This document shows positions 46,101 to 60,245 of a stretch of DNA of 64,000 nucleotides, piece by piece (within the stretch, counting starts at the first letter, position 1; every line of letters starts with the position of its first letter). The stretch is from Cetorhinus maximus (Eukaryota), in assembly GCF_964194155.1 (NCBI RefSeq), contig NC_135879.1:24986001-25050000 (forward strand). Direction: 5' to 3'. The notes below the pieces were generated by a model. That model saw only the letters and a list, made by a program, of their open reading frames with translations, was not told the DNA's origin and did not search any database. A program made the translations under genes and the position numbers.

Positions 46101-49100
46101 GGGACATTCTCGCTGCCATGATTTTAACCCCCCACACCCCCCTTCTCTCTCTCTCTCTCTCTGCGCCAAATGTACTTCTTGGTGTGCAGGCTGTGTGTGT
46201 ATTTCTTCTCCACAGCAACCCCTGCCTGATGCACTGAAATAAAATCCCACGCGCATACAGACGAGTGTTAAATACATGATCAAAAGAAATAGGCAACAGT
46301 TATTTTACTGGGGGGGGAGGAGGCGTCCAGAATTTTTGGCATATCTCCCGCCAGCCCAGATTGCTACTTAGCACCCAATAATATCAAAATATAGCTGTGC
46401 ACAAGCAGAAAGCGACACATCACTTTCCATGACAACATTTTATGTAACGGCAGTCCTTTACCCAAACGCATCCTTCAGGGTTGTTGGTTTGTTTGAATGG
46501 ACGGTAAACCCCGAGTGATATTTTCAGGAATTCCCCCCCCCCGCCACCACCACCACCACCTCCACGCCCCCGACTTAGCCTCTGTGCCTCGGTGACACGT
46601 ACTACATGTGGTAGGGGCGTCACTAACGGGCAGTCTCTGTTTAACCGGGTGATGCTGCTGGTGTTAGCAGCGAACTCGTGCGAACAACAGCGGAGATGAG
46701 CAAAGGCTCTGTGCGCTGCTCGCAGTTCTGCACAGTCGGTTTTCTTATCTGGAGGGAGGCGGGCTGCATCTTCCACAGTCTTGTGTCGCGCCTCGACTAT
46801 TTAATGAGTTGGGATGTTAGGATTGAGGAGGGTTTAACAGTGACACCGAAAATCCACACAATAAAATGTTCGCTCCGAGAAACCAAGGTAGGATATTCCG
46901 AACACATTTGCCAGCTTGCAGTCAGCACTTCACTTTCGCAACCAGATCCGTGCCCTGGAGCTTCTGGTGGAATGAAAGCTTTTTTTTTTTGGCCTCATAT
47001 TGAGCAAGTCTCAATAACAGCCAAACCGTCAAGTGCAATACGACTTGGAACAAGCATCCGAAATTACCCTCGGCGTGTGGGGCTTGCACGGTCGGAGATG
47101 TAAAATGCTCCCAGCCTATCCACATGTCAAGCAGGGGAGACGTGAGCTTGTCTGGAATGTGACGGCTGTCTCCGGGAGTCAGATAGCGTGAGGGTTAAAT
47201 ACCAGCAAAGGGGGAGAAATGGGGCTCCTTTCTGAGAAAGCCCGGGTAGCGTTTTGCACGCAATGATTAATATAATATAAATACGTAAAATTAAGTAATG
47301 ATGCTTTCTCCGGGCCGTGCATTGATTTTGCCGAGAGCATAATAAGCTCTTTCTGGCCGTTCGCCTTATTTCTGCAGCAGATAGAGACCGATTTCTGCGG
47401 CTTTTTAATCGCAGGTCCGGTGGCGGCTGGGGGTTGGATGCGTGGGGAAGGACTCCGTAGGCGCAAAAAAAAAGCTAATTTAATTTCAGTCTCGCATATG
47501 AGATGCAGAGAGCTCGGACAGTTTATAAAAGAATGGTTTGATCAATAAAAAGTAGATTATGGTCTATCAGAATATTAATGTACCCATCTAATCAATACGT
47601 GCTCCATGGCTCCTTTTACAGACACGGTCAGAAATAGAGTCTGAACATCTTGATCCGAAAATTAATCTTCCTTTCTTGTGTGTGAATATACATAAAGGCA
47701 ACTGCAATAGCTCTTTAGCGGACATTCTTTTTGAATGAATATATACTAATTGACCTTTATTTTTCGAGCACATCAAAACCCCTCCCATAATGAGTTCTTG
47801 TCAACTGCCTTTTATAGAATTAGCTGAAATCGTTCATTGGAAAAGATAGTGCTGGAATCAGCATGCCCTCACTGGGGTAGAGACACACGGTGAAATCTCT
47901 GCATGTGGCTCAATCTGCTGGGTATTCATGCCTCCTATCTGCGACTTAAATAATAGCACATACTTTTCTATAGATGTGTGAAATGTAGGGCTGTGGAGAG
48001 ACACGCAGACATATCCGTGCATAATTTGGGTTTACTTTCCACAATGACCTAAATAGTGGACGTCCACATGACATACTGCCAAAACTGAAAATCCCGCACT
48101 GATGCTCGCAATTCAGACTTAGTTTGTGAGCAAAATCGATGAAGTTTGTTACTAGTAACAGACCCTGGTGGTGCCAAGCTTGGAGCTTCCCCTCCTTTGT
48201 GCATTAGCTACATGCTACAACTGGCGTGTTCAGAATCAAAATAATGCACAAGGGAAAGAGTGTTGTCAGGAGCAGTGCTTATATTCAGACGGCTCTTTTC
48301 AGAACCTTCCAGCTGATGTTTGCAACTGGACATTGCCACTGGAACATTACAAAAGAATCGTGGCAAGAATTCTGAGGATCTCCCCTCACCACTTGAGGAG
48401 AAATCGTGGCCTATTGTGGATCTATATTAGTTCTCTAAATCTGATCACCAAATTGTGCTAAATGGTTCATTCATTCACCCTTTCTGTATGGAGGCATTCA
48501 TTTGATCAAATTCCATAGCCAAAATTTTGTGATCTTGCAAAGTTCTTGCAATATCACAGATTTTGGCCCACAGCATGCATCAAAAGTCTATTCCCACAGA
48601 GAGGCATCAGGTAGGTGCTGGCAGCATTTATGAGAGGCGAATGATTGAGGAGTGCAGTGGATGATTTTTGTGAGAAAGTGTGCTATTCACGAGTTGGCAC
48701 CATTTCTTGGATTCTGATATCAAAAACATGACTGCAAATTTCCAGTATCCCTGCTAATGGTTCACAGAAAACTATCTGTTAAAAATAAGTGTATATGTTT
48801 CCCTTTGAATCAATTTTTGTGCTCTTTTGGTGTAAAGCTATAGGATTTCTTGCAGCTCAATGTGAAGGAATGGAAAAATAATGTACTGTCATCAAGAATA
48901 TTCAAATTTGGTTTGGACATATGGGAGCTGGTCTCAAATCTATCGCAGAGAGATAAGATGCACATTCTTGAATTTACAAATCCTGAATTGAATAACTAAA
49001 ACTTGGACAACTTGCTCCAAATTCTAAGTGGACATTAGTACATAGCACAGAATTGATCATAGGACACTAATTATTGTTAAATGACCTTCTAACTCAAACA

Positions 49101-52100
49101 AGCATACAAGAGGACTACTGTGGGAAACAGAAATACTTACTCCACACTTGGTAGTTTAATATATGGTATGATTCTACATACAGTCCACCTTTTATGGGGT
49201 ATATGGAGAATGGTTATGCTGCTGCATCCTTCAACAAAAAACAATAATAACTTGAGTGTAGAAACAATATTTTGTAATACTTAGAAAGGCAGGTCATAAC
49301 AGCAATTTAGAGGGAGGGAGTGAATGGAAGAAAGGAAGATAGGGAGGGACTGAAGGCAGCAACCAACACGGTGTTATATAGAGGGGATTGGAGGCACAAA
49401 AATGCAGAGACAGATGAATGGCAGGTAGCAGGTAATGAAGAAAACAAGAGATGGTTTTGAAGACAATGGCATGTTGAAGATCTGGAATAAATTTATCGTG
49501 AAAATGGTATTGTCCATGCTAAAAGTTCTGTAGTATGCAAAATAAAAAGCCACAGAACAGACACAACTGCAAACCATCAAGAACAAATAACCAATTCATA
49601 GAAAAAAGTCATAATCTTGACAGAATGAACACATGGTCGAAATATACTCATCATTGACTTTCCTGGTAATCCAATGAAAGCACACCTTGTGATCAATGCA
49701 CAACAATCATTAATCCTCTAGTGTGAACTCCACTGCCCATCAATAATATGAAGCAGCAAGTAGTTGCTGTCAACACTGATAGTGACTGTCTGAAAAAAAT
49801 GAACTGAAGAAGTATAATACTCCCCTGCATATATGTATTATATATATATATAATATATATATATTTTTAATAACAGTATGTAGTGATTTCTAGGTAATAA
49901 TCTAATCAAGGGTTCAGGTGATCACTATAGACTGTTTGACCTTCATGCAAACTATTTGGTTAGGTTACTGCATTATGGTCATTCCCACATATCCATTATT
50001 ATTTATAATCTACCATGTAATTTCATACATCTGACATTATGAAGGTTAAAAAAAATCAAAATCAGTAAAACTGAAGAGCTAATGGTTCCCTAATACTGCA
50101 GCTACCATAATTCAGTCCTCTGGCCATTATCACATTGATGTGGACTTAGAACCACTTTGCGTCAATGTGAAAATAGCAATACAAATTTTCCTACAAATCA
50201 CGGCATTCAAGTTGAATACTATCTGGGAATCTTTCAAAGTTAAATAGAAGATTTCAAAACTACTTTTAAATGTCTCTATCTTTTGGGAATAATTAAGACT
50301 ATAGCAACCTGAAGTCTGAAAAGAGGACAGTTGGAATTCATACATAATAACATAAATCTGGAAAGGGTTTAAATCCAATGTTTTAACCAAGAGGTTGGGA
50401 AACATTCAAACACAGCTCAAGTTTTGTTTTCATATTATGTCTATTAACATGTATATACTAGTAATATGTTGGTGAAAAATAAAGCTAATAACAGTTCAAT
50501 AACTGCCATGTTATATACTGGATGTCGTCAGGTCTTATGTACCATCAGTTTTCTCTTAACAAACAGTACAACCAGTCAACAGCCCTGATACCAGCAGCAA
50601 GGAAGGCAAAATATTTTTTTAATCACATATGTACATAATTATTGAGTGTCAGCTGACTTTTCTTTTCTTTCAATGGTTTTTAAATTTTCAAAAAGTCCAA
50701 GTTTATCCACAATTTGCAAGATACCTGGGAAAGCGCTTTCAATAGTTCTGTCATAATCCTGACAGAATAGAAGAAAAAGCCTGTCATCTAATAGGTGGTC
50801 CTTTTTTCAGATTTAACCTCCAAGCTTCATCTTCAGCATATGCTCTCTTGTCAGTAAAGTAATTGGTCATTATTCCTCTGAACATTCTTCATTTTCTAAC
50901 CTCCTGAACTCGACAGTCTTGCATGTATTCCTCAGCCCTCATTGCAGTCAAATCAAGACACATTTCCTACTTATGTTCATGCTTTGTCCAGAACTTGGGT
51001 AATGTGTTAACTGTGTTACTCCCTCAGTCACTTTTCATCCTTCAATCTTTTAAACATGAGCTTGGCTTCACATGAAAGCTTGACTACCCAATCTTCTCTC
51101 CTTTTTAAAAAAAAACCTTGGTAGGTGTGCTGCACCACAGATCTTGGTCTATCACTTTGGTACCACAATAATAAATGACTGGCTGAGCCTTTACGGCTAT
51201 CTCATGAACTGTTCACCAATTGCTTAGACCTCATCCTTATGTCATATGCTGCCACCTGAACCAGTTAATTCAGATACAGTATTGAGACTCACCATCACTT
51301 CCTATTGCAATATATTGTGCACATTGATCACCTACCTCTTTATTGCCCTTCTTGACATGTAGAGACTTTGGTGTTTTTGTATATTGTATATAGTTTTCCA
51401 TGTAAACTTACAGTAGAGATGTCATAAAAGAATGCCATGGCTTTCAGCAAGCTTCAGGCTAAGGTTCTGAAATTCCTGAACAAATTGTTTACACAAAAGC
51501 AAAGATAAATTATTAAGAGCCATACATTGCACACGTTACACTGTTACACGTTAACGGAGAGTGAATTAAAAAATGGAGCATAATCTTGGAGATTTCCATG
51601 ATCAGTATATTTCAATAAGTCTCCTCGTATGATTTATTATGTCATCTAAATTAGGGTGCACTATTCAATTCACTTCCAAAATTGTATATCGCACAGTTTA
51701 TTTATTTTGACATTTGACATTACCGTAAATAATAGATTCTAATGACAATCTAAAGCTACAGTTACAGTACCATTTTCAGGTCGATGCCAAGTGGCCTCAG
51801 TTGCTCAATGGCGCAAAAGTGGTATTTTATCTCCCGCTTTAAATGAAATTGCACATTTTTTTCTCAATATTTATATGCAACGTGGTTCATGTTATCGGGA
51901 AAGGGACACTCGAGCTGTCTTAACATTAGGAAAAACTGGCGACAGCGGAAGCAAAGCTCATTTGTCACTGACCTCCCTTCAACCTCGACGGATGCGTGCA
52001 GCTAGTGATATTTGGGCAAAGGCATATCACGATTCACAGTTATGGGCTCTGACGTTGGTATTTCAGCTTAACTGCGGTCGAAACTTTGAATCGCAGAACC

Positions 52101-52649
52101 GTTCCTTTATCTGCGAGGAGCTTGCAAATAGCCATGTGCGTTATTTGTAATAAAGTTCACCCATCCTGGAACTACACACTTTAGGGTATTCTATGCTTGA
52201 GGTAAACCCCTGATGGTTGCGAGAAGTGCTTTTTAAAAATTTATTGTTTCCCAATATCACTTCTACTGGGCTTTACGTAGGCGCCTAGTGCAACATAGCA
52301 AGCACAATAACATGTCATCAGCTACCGAAATGTTACATACTTCAACCTGTTCTTGTTCACTGATTTGTACTATTGAACGAATCAGTCGAAACACATTTTG
52401 ATCGTAGGTTATACTGAATGTTTGGAATTCACAGGTAAACTATCACAAAGTGGTGGAATTGCGAAACTCTAAAGAAACGTCACTTTTACCAACCTTTATA
52501 TATATATTAAAAAAGTGAGATACGATCTCTGCACAGATACAGACGGTCCTTCAGATTTCAGTGATCACACTTAACACTACATGTTGAAATTAGCTTGGCA
52601 AACGCACCCAGCATTATGTATAGAAAGTGAAACTGATATTGCCATTAAC

Positions 52650-53312
52650 AATAACAGATTGCATTTATGCAGCGTTTTGGGTAAAACGCCTCAAGGCCTT
52701 CAAAGAAGGTAATGAAACAAAATTTGACACTCAGTCAAATCAGGAGATGGTTAAAATGCTGTCTTAAGTTGGGTTGTAAAGGAGGTGGAGCCGTTTAGAG
52801 AGGCAATTTCCAGGGCCCCGGGTAACTGAAGGCACAGCCAATAGTGGAATAATGAAAATTGGGGACATGTAAACAGTTGCCAACTGGGGTTAAATGTATT
52901 CCTGAAGATTCCATAACATGGCTTGTGCCTACGCTCCAGCCATTCGTCGGCCAACACATCCCTCCTTGTCGCGCGCTACTTTCCCAGGTTAACTGGAAAG
53001 CGAAAAGATTCAATACCCAATTGGATGATGCTGTCAGCCAAACAACCTCCCGCCCCCTCCATTTTCAATATTTTTACATCTGATAAAGAAAAACGTTGAA
53101 AGAATTTTTTTTTTTAAAACACCATCTTTTTTAATGTCCCGATGATTTTTCTCCGGGGTTGCACACGACAGTGTCCTGGAGATTGATTTTTCAATTCCTG
53201 GAGGCTCCAGGACAACCCCGGAGGGTTGGCAGCCCTAACCTGAGGCCAGAATGAGGCGAGTGCAGAGATCTCAGAGGGTTGTGGAGCTGAGGGAAATTAC
53301 AGAGATATGGAG
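52650..53312 (-). mobile_element. L2 3' fragment interrupted by a hAT-like MITE (~52873-53236)
   Basis: L2 tail ttgcatttatgcagcg at ~52660, and L2 sequence resumes at ~53240. The insert ends read (A)GTTGCCAAC / GTTGGCAGCCCT. Confidence 0.55.
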
Positions 53313-53314
53313 GG

Positions 53315-53486
53315 TAAAATACTGCAGATGCTGGAAATCTGAAATAAAAGCAGAAAATGCTGGAAATACTCAGCAGGGCGGACAGCTTCTGTGGAGAGAG
53401 AAACAGAGTTCAGGAATTTTAGCTCTGTTTCTCTCTTCACGGATGCTGCCAGACCTGCTGAGTATTTCCAGCATTTTCTGTTTTTA
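53315..53486. repeat. Fold-back inverted repeat derived from a Penelope-type terminal repeat
   Basis: Arms 53345-53410 and 53421-53486 are near-perfect reverse complements (cagaaaatgctggaaatactcagcagg / cctgctgagtatttccagcattttctg). Confidence 0.8.
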
Positions 53487-54677
53487 CCTATGGGGGTTTT
53501 AAAATAGTATTTGAACAAAGCTGCCTCTCAAATTGCTCTAACATCAAAAAATGTACTGTAATAAATATTTCACTGAGGAATTATGTTAAGTATCAGTACA
53601 GGGTGGTGTACAGCAGCATGCCTTCCACTGAAATTTCTTGCAAATCTCTAGGTACTTAAACTGTGTTAAACAGCAAAACTGAGATGATTTATTACTTTGC
53701 TTTTTAACAGTGATCGTCACTGTCCTGTACGAGATAAGAAAGTGGCTGTTGTCACTTTTAAATGGCGGCGTTCCACTCTGTCCCAAGAAATCAATCAAGC
53801 TGTGTTAAGCAGCATCTCCCAAAGGATACCACACGTCTTCTCATTAAATCCGTGGGAAGTGCATTGTTATTGGACACACATTATTGCGGCACAGGTTAGA
53901 GTTCTGTCAGAGGTTGCTTACAAAGAACAAACAACTTGGTCTCAGTTTTAAGACATCCCGGGAACCGGTTTAGCTGAGGGGTTTCAAACGATCCGACACT
54001 TTCCAAAGTTAATCGATGCCAAGCCTGCCCCGCGGGGCACTGAAATGGGCCCTAACAGATCAAACATACTGCCATTGCAGTTTCGATGCCAGCTTGGGGA
54101 ATTACGACTATTTACTCCACGTTCGTGTTCCCATCTGACTCCAAAACACAACAGTTTGAACTTCCCCCTCGGGACCAATCACTTTAATTTGACACTCTGC
54201 GAGGAATAATTCCAATTCAGGGCCAGCCAGGCTGGACTCTCTGCACGCTTTACAATAGGCAGAGCTTTTTACGACGCCCGGAGGAAGTCTGTGATCGCAC
54301 CAGCACATGCGAGGCAGGGGCAGAAGCGCTGACAAGTACCCCACCTGGGTGGGGTAAATTTCAGCCGAGGTTCGCCGCTCTTCCACCGTAACTTCGACGA
54401 AAGAGCCGCGAAAAGACAGAGTAACCTGTGGCGAAGCTCTCAATTCTAGCCCGAAAATTTAAGCTTCTAGTTTCTGACAACCCAAAGCAATAAGCTCACT
54501 CTAATCGCTAACCCGGACTCAAAACCTATTGACAGGGCTGTTTGCTGATTTTAGGGGATTGCTCTAATCCAAACCTAAATTACAATGGTAACTCTAACAT
54601 CACCCCAGAGACAAGGAGGTCCCTTTCCCACTAATACTGATCCTTACATTGTCCCTTTTTAGGAAAGCAATAGTATA

Positions 54678-55058
54678 CAGCACAGTAGCAGCAGTGTGTA
54701 CCATCTACAAGATGCACTGCAGGAATTCACCAAGGCTCCATGGGCAGCACCTTCCAAACCCACGACCTCTGCCATTTAGAAGGACAAGGGCAGCAGATAG
54801 ATGGGAACACCGCCACCTGGAAGTTCCCCTCCAAGTCACTCACCATCCTGACTTGGAAATATAAGCTGTTCCTTCACAGTCGCTGGGTCAAGATCCTAGA
54901 ACTCCCTTCCTAGCGGCATTGTGGGTGTACCTACACCACAGGCACTGCAGCGGTTAAAGAAGGCAGCTCACCGCCACCTTCTCAAGGGCAATTAGGGACT
55001 GGGCAATAAATGCTGGCCTAGCCAGCGAAGCCCACACCCCATGAATGAATAAAAACAA
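54678..55058 (+). mobile_element. 5'-truncated 3' end of the same LINE family as 11364-14565
   Basis: TVAAVCTIYKMHCRNSPRL; tail gggcaataaatgctggcctagccagcg...catgaatgaataaaaa. Confidence 0.88.
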
Positions 55059-55269
55059 CATTGTTGAGTTTCTGACCTGAGGGGCTGTTGTGTTTCTGAT
55101 CTGAGTTTTGTCAGCTGGAGAGGGGCTGGTGGGGAGCTGTGACGTTATTCAGCACAGATCTGGACGGTTACATGGATGGTTCATAATGGGGTGGCCCCTG
55201 GAACCTCTTGGTAACCCGTGACCGATAGTAGGGGCTACTTGGAAACAAGCCGTGCGTGCACCGTCTAGT

Positions 55270-55720
55270 TACAGACGCCTGTACCAACTATAGCAGCACC
55301 TTGTATCAACTTGGCATCGACGATGCAATAAATAACGCAATGTGTTTCCCAACTTAGTGCGTGAATAATGGTGCTTGGACCAGGAACGGAGAGATTGCAA
55401 GCAGCAATCCAGGAGATAGATTTTGAGGTTTGAGAGAAGGAGCGAGCGAGAGAGAGATGCAGAGGTGAGGGTTAGAAAGGGCGTTCCAAACAAATGAGTT
55501 CTGGTTAGCTGAACGCTCCGCCACTAGTGCTGGGGCGAATGGCTGAGAGGAGGCTGCACAGGCGGATGGAACAAAGAAGGAAATGTAGAGTCCTTGTAGA
55601 ACATTTCGGGGGGCAAGGCTGTGGAGGGATTTATAGAGGAGGACAGGCAACTTGAACGAAATACTCTGTTGAGTGGGAAACCTGTGAAAATCGACGAGGA
55701 AATGAATGGAATGCCAGGGA
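55270..55720 (-). mobile_element. Old L2 3' fragment
   Basis: ORF 55354..55752, DFHRFPTQQSISFKLPVLLYKSLHSLAP, is a degenerate LHWLP..FK..L.YK.L.GLAP. Confidence 0.6.
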
Positions 55721-57397
55721 GAATTAATGGAGGACGGTGGGCGCGTACCCAACCATTTTAATGAAAGTAGTTAAAGAGGTTACCTGGTAATTCCAATTCC
55801 AACCCTTCTCCTAATAACACAGCTTCCCTACACCCAGAATGACCAACTGCCATTGCTGCCGACACTTGTCCCAACTAATGCTCCAGACTATTAAGTGAGG
55901 TTCCAATTGAGGCGACAACGATGGAAATTCCCTTCTGTAAACTGGATCAAAACTGTGGTAAAATCTCGACACAATTAATAGGGCGACACATTTAAACTCA
56001 GGGGGGGTGGGAAAAAAACCACAGATCCCTGCTTTTGGCAAATCAAAGGGACTGACCTATAGATCGAAACGTTATTCTGGTCATAGCTATTTTTATGGTA
56101 ATGGTAGAAAGTTGATTCCCATGTTTCAACTCTGGCAGAGCAAGATAAGCGGGAAATCTGTGCCGCCGGTGCTGGTAACCTGGATCCAGGCACAGGTCCC
56201 TGTAAATGCTGCTGGGATGCGGACCAGCTGCACAATGTTCCACACTCGCACGCACACTACGGAGCAGCCACTGGCAATCCACCTGGGATGCGGCCGAATG
56301 GTTACAACAGGAGTAGCAATAAACAAATGCGCCATTCATCATTCACAAGTGTAATGTGCCGTTTAAATGAAGGAGCAAAGGGAAGCAAGGTCAAAACCCG
56401 CCCAGCAAATTCGATCGCTGTTTATTCGCAGAGGACAAATCAGCTCTTATCTCGTAGAGGCTCTGCCAGAGGATTAAGTATTTCCCCCCTCCTCCTTACA
56501 CAGAAACATTCCCACCCTTTATCCTGTGGTGTATTCCCCTGCTATAATAGGTCATTCACCAATACAACAACAGCTTGCATTTATATAGCGCCTTTAACAG
56601 CGCAACACGTCCCCAGGCGCTGTGTAGGAGAGTAATCAGATAAAAAATGACCGTTGAAGAGGATCCCTGAAAAAGGTGTAGGTTTGTGGTTCAACGTTAT
56701 TTTCTTTATTGATTGACTTTCATTACTTCTTAAACTGTACACTTTCCCAGCAAAACGGCTCTTTCACGAAAACAAAAACTGGGTTGAATGCCAAAACCGA
56801 CCTGAAGAATTATTCACTGGAGTGGCGACTTTAGAATCTACTCGCTGGCGAGTTCAGCGAGACGTTTGGCCGATTTCTTCAACCAGCCGTTTCCCCCTCA
56901 GCACTATCCCCCCGCTTAAGAGGTTTAGCTTTTCCCCATTAACTTGGGCAGCAGCCAGCTCAAGGGCACCGCGTAGTTTGTGTGCTAGTTAGGTCAACGC
57001 CTCCCATGCCTGTCCTGTACTTGAGTACCACGTCTGCACTAGTTTCTAGGTGAACATTGCGGGCACATCCTCAAACCACCGGAGTCGTATTACATGAATT
57101 AATTTACTATCATTTAATTTTTTTAAAGACTTTATCTCTAAGAAAATTAATAACCAATATTAGCGGAGGGTAAAAAACTGAAATCAATAATGTGACCAGG
57201 ATGGTAAGGAACAATTCCAAGACGCCAGCTCAAGAGCCGTGAAAACAAGAGATATTGAGATCAAAGCATGGACAATGGTTTTGGTTAACAGTGGTCCATC
57301 CAGTTAGGTTTGCATCAAACTCAAAGGGGATCATTTAAACTGGTGGAAATTTCATATAAAGTTGTAAACGTTTTTCAAACAGATCAAAAAAATCAAA

Positions 57398-57552
57398 GTG
57401 TCTACATTCACCTAGAACCCACAATTCTACATTCACCTAGAAATCCGAGTGTCCACTTTCATCTTGAACCCCCAGTGTCCAGTTTCACCTAGAACCCCCA
57501 GTGTCTACATTCACTTTGAACCCCCAGTGCCTAATTTCATCTAGAACCCTCA
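57398..57552 (+). repeat. Minisatellite, ~26-nt unit (GTGTCTACATTCACCTAGAACCCCCA), about 6 copies
   Basis: Direct tandem repetition is visible. Confidence 0.85.
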
Positions 57553-57759
57553 TTCATCCATCAAGACAGTGGAACCTTGCTGAGATAACCAACTTCTGAT
57601 AACATTAATCCTGCTAAAAAGACATTGCTATTTTACAAAGGGATGTTATTCCTTGCTTGGGATTGGAATGAGCACATGTTTTATTAAAGCAAACTGTTCA
57701 TTTCATTTTTGTGTTCTCACTGCTTTCCTTAAAGGCACAGACTGAAGATTTTGGAGGGT

Positions 57760-59205
57760 GGACTTTGGCTCTGAGCTAGCACTCTCACCTCTGACAGGAG
57801 TCTGAAGGTCCTGGATTCATAATAACATAAGAAATAGGAGGGGTAGGCCAGACAGATGCTCCTGCCCCGCTCCACCATTCAATAAGATCATGGTTGCTCT
57901 GATTGTGGCTTTAACTCAATTTCCCTGTGTGCGCCCCCCCCCGCCATAACCTTTGACTCTCTTGTCAGTCAAAAATCTAACTTAATTTTGAAAATATTAA
58001 TTGGTCCAGCCTCCATGGCTCTCGGGGTAGTGAATTCCGAAGATGTATTTCTTCACACCTCCACCTTAAATGGGAGACACCTCCTCCAGAGTATTGAGCA
58101 CACAAGGATCATGCTTCTAATGAAATGCTGAAGGAGTACTGGACGGTTGGAAATGCCAACTTTCAGATGAAATATTAAACTGAGGCCATGCATGGTATCT
58201 CAAGTGAATGCAAATCATCTCATGACCAAAAACAACAGGAATTTCTTCCCATTGCTGTGGCCAATATTGATCCCTCAATCAAAATTGATAAAACAGATTA
58301 GACCAAATTTTGTGGTCAGAATTACACTAAAAGTGTCTGTTTTCACCACCACATTTCAATGCAAATGACAGCAAGTTCAAGAGTGTGCAAATGCACAGAA
58401 TAACACAGATATCCAGAAATGGCTGTCTGTAACTCTGTGCTCCTCCAAAGGGTGCAGTGTTGAGGTTCCCTCCATCCCCCACCCCCACCCCCCAACAGAG
58501 TGCAATCCCTTAGCAGTCAAGGATTGATGAAAACATCCACTTTTACGTTATTATCTCACTGTAAAATCTTGAAATGTATAGGTGTAGCTGCATATGAACA
58601 ACATACTAACTTCATAATTACTGTAAAACACTTTCACGAGCCCTGAAAAGCCAATTTTCTATTTGTGGAACGTCAAATGCCTCTATTGTGGTAAAACCTT
58701 CTACATAGTTTAAAATAATAATTTTGAAAGTCTATTTATAATATTTAGCTTCTATCTTAATCCATAATCAAATTAATTTATTTTGCTACCTGTAAATGTA
58801 AATTAAATTGAAGGCATTCAGTGCTTTTGACTTTCTGCTTTACTGTTGAGATTACTTCAAAGTGATTGGTTGCTTACCCTCCTTGCTGATATCACTGCTG
58901 CTGGATACCTGGAATTCCCCTTGACTTGTTGCTAGATTTTAACTGGAAAGGGGAAAATCTACTCCACAGGGATGGATAAATCTTAGTGGGGAGCTTTCTT
59001 CAAAATCAGAACTGAGTGCCATTGTTTTGCAGCTGACTATAAAATCTACATGATCATATTTCTATTTGTGGGACCTTACTGCACACAGATTGGTGGCTGT
59101 ATTTCTGACATTGCAACTGTGACTACACCTTCGAAGTATTTAATTAGCTATAAAGCAATTTGGGACATCACAAGGTCATGAAAGTTTTATGTAAATGGGA
59201 GTTAT
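57760..59205 (+). mobile_element. DeuSINE-like SINE split by a CR1 3' fragment (57822-58080, minus) and a ~750-bp TIR element (~58300-59050)
   Basis: Head at 57760-57820, Deu-like core at 58085-58300 (ctttcagatgaaatattaaactgaggcc..ggccaatatt), tail at 59051-59205. Insert ends AAATTTTGTGGTCAG / CTGACTATAAAATCT. Confidence 0.65.
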
Positions 59206-59499
59206 TTCCTTTGTCATTCAATCTTTCAGAGAGCATGGAAGTTGCTTTGGAAATAATTAATATTAGCATGTGTTCTGTGAGCAACAGTGTAGGCAGACTA
59301 GTGGATTATGGGACAGCATAGCCCAGCCCTATCAGGGTTCCATATGAAGACTACACAATTGTACTTTTCAGCAGCCAGTAGCTGGTGAATGAGTTCCAGT
59401 GGTGGGGTGGGGATCCTAGTTGATTTTGCCCTTCTAAATCCTATTAATTCTGAGACCAAGTGCAGCGCTTTCACAATCGATTGGCCAATTGTTCAGGCA

Positions 59500-59850
59500 A
59501 CAGCTCAAATGTAATTTTTCATCCTTGTGTTCACATCCCTCCATGGCCTTGTCCCTTCTTATCGCTATAACCTTCTTCAGTCCTACAACTCTGATATTTT
59601 TGCACTCCATCAATTGTGTTACCCCAATTTCGAACTCTCAAGCATTGGCAGCTGTGCCTTCAGATGGCTAGCCAGTGAATTCTGGAGTTCCTTCACTATT
59701 GATCTCTTTTCCTTAAAACCGACCATTTTGACCAAGCAGTTCGTTGACAATCCTGATATCTGTTGATGTGACTCAATGGTGAATTTTGTTCAACAACTCT
59801 CCTGTGAAAGCATGTTGGGAAACTATAAGATGCACTGAAAGTTGAAGCAC
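59500..59850 (+). mobile_element. L2 3' remnant
   Basis: FTSLHGLVPSYRYNLLQ.Y and cattggcagctgtgccttcag motifs. Confidence 0.55.
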
Positions 59851-59864
59851 AAGGTTGTTGTTCT

Positions 59865-60245
59865 TCAATATAAACTCATGGAACAACACTTCATCTTTAT
59901 TTTGGCACTTTACAGCCTTCTGGATTCAACAGCATATTCAACAATTTCAGATCCTAGCCAATGATACCATTTTATTTTCAGAAAGCCACTGCTGCTAATG
60001 ATTCTCCTTGATTCTGCTTTTGTAAATCTTCAACTTGTCTAGGCCCATCTTTTTGCTTCTTCTCTGGTTTCTATCCCCTTTTGCTTTGCACCACCGTCCT
60101 CTTAATCACTGCTGCCTCTTACCCTTTCACAGGACTTCTCTTCTGTTCGTTCCTGCCCGCCTGCCGCTTTCCCTGCCTCTGCGCTTGCTTAACACCTCCG
60201 TTTTCCAGTTTGGATGAAAAACCACCAACCTGAAAGGTTAACCCT
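59865..60245 (+). mobile_element. Penelope-like 3' remnant with a decayed hammerhead motif
   Basis: KLMEQHFIF..GTLQPSGFN..FNNFR-like GIY-YIG C-terminus (frameshifted); GGATGAA...CTGAAAGGTTAAC at 60212-60242. Confidence 0.55.

Noticed and set aside
55148-55168. REST/RE1-like site TTCAGCAC...GGAC
   Set aside because: Half-site spacing and sequence deviate from the canonical RE1; too weak to call.
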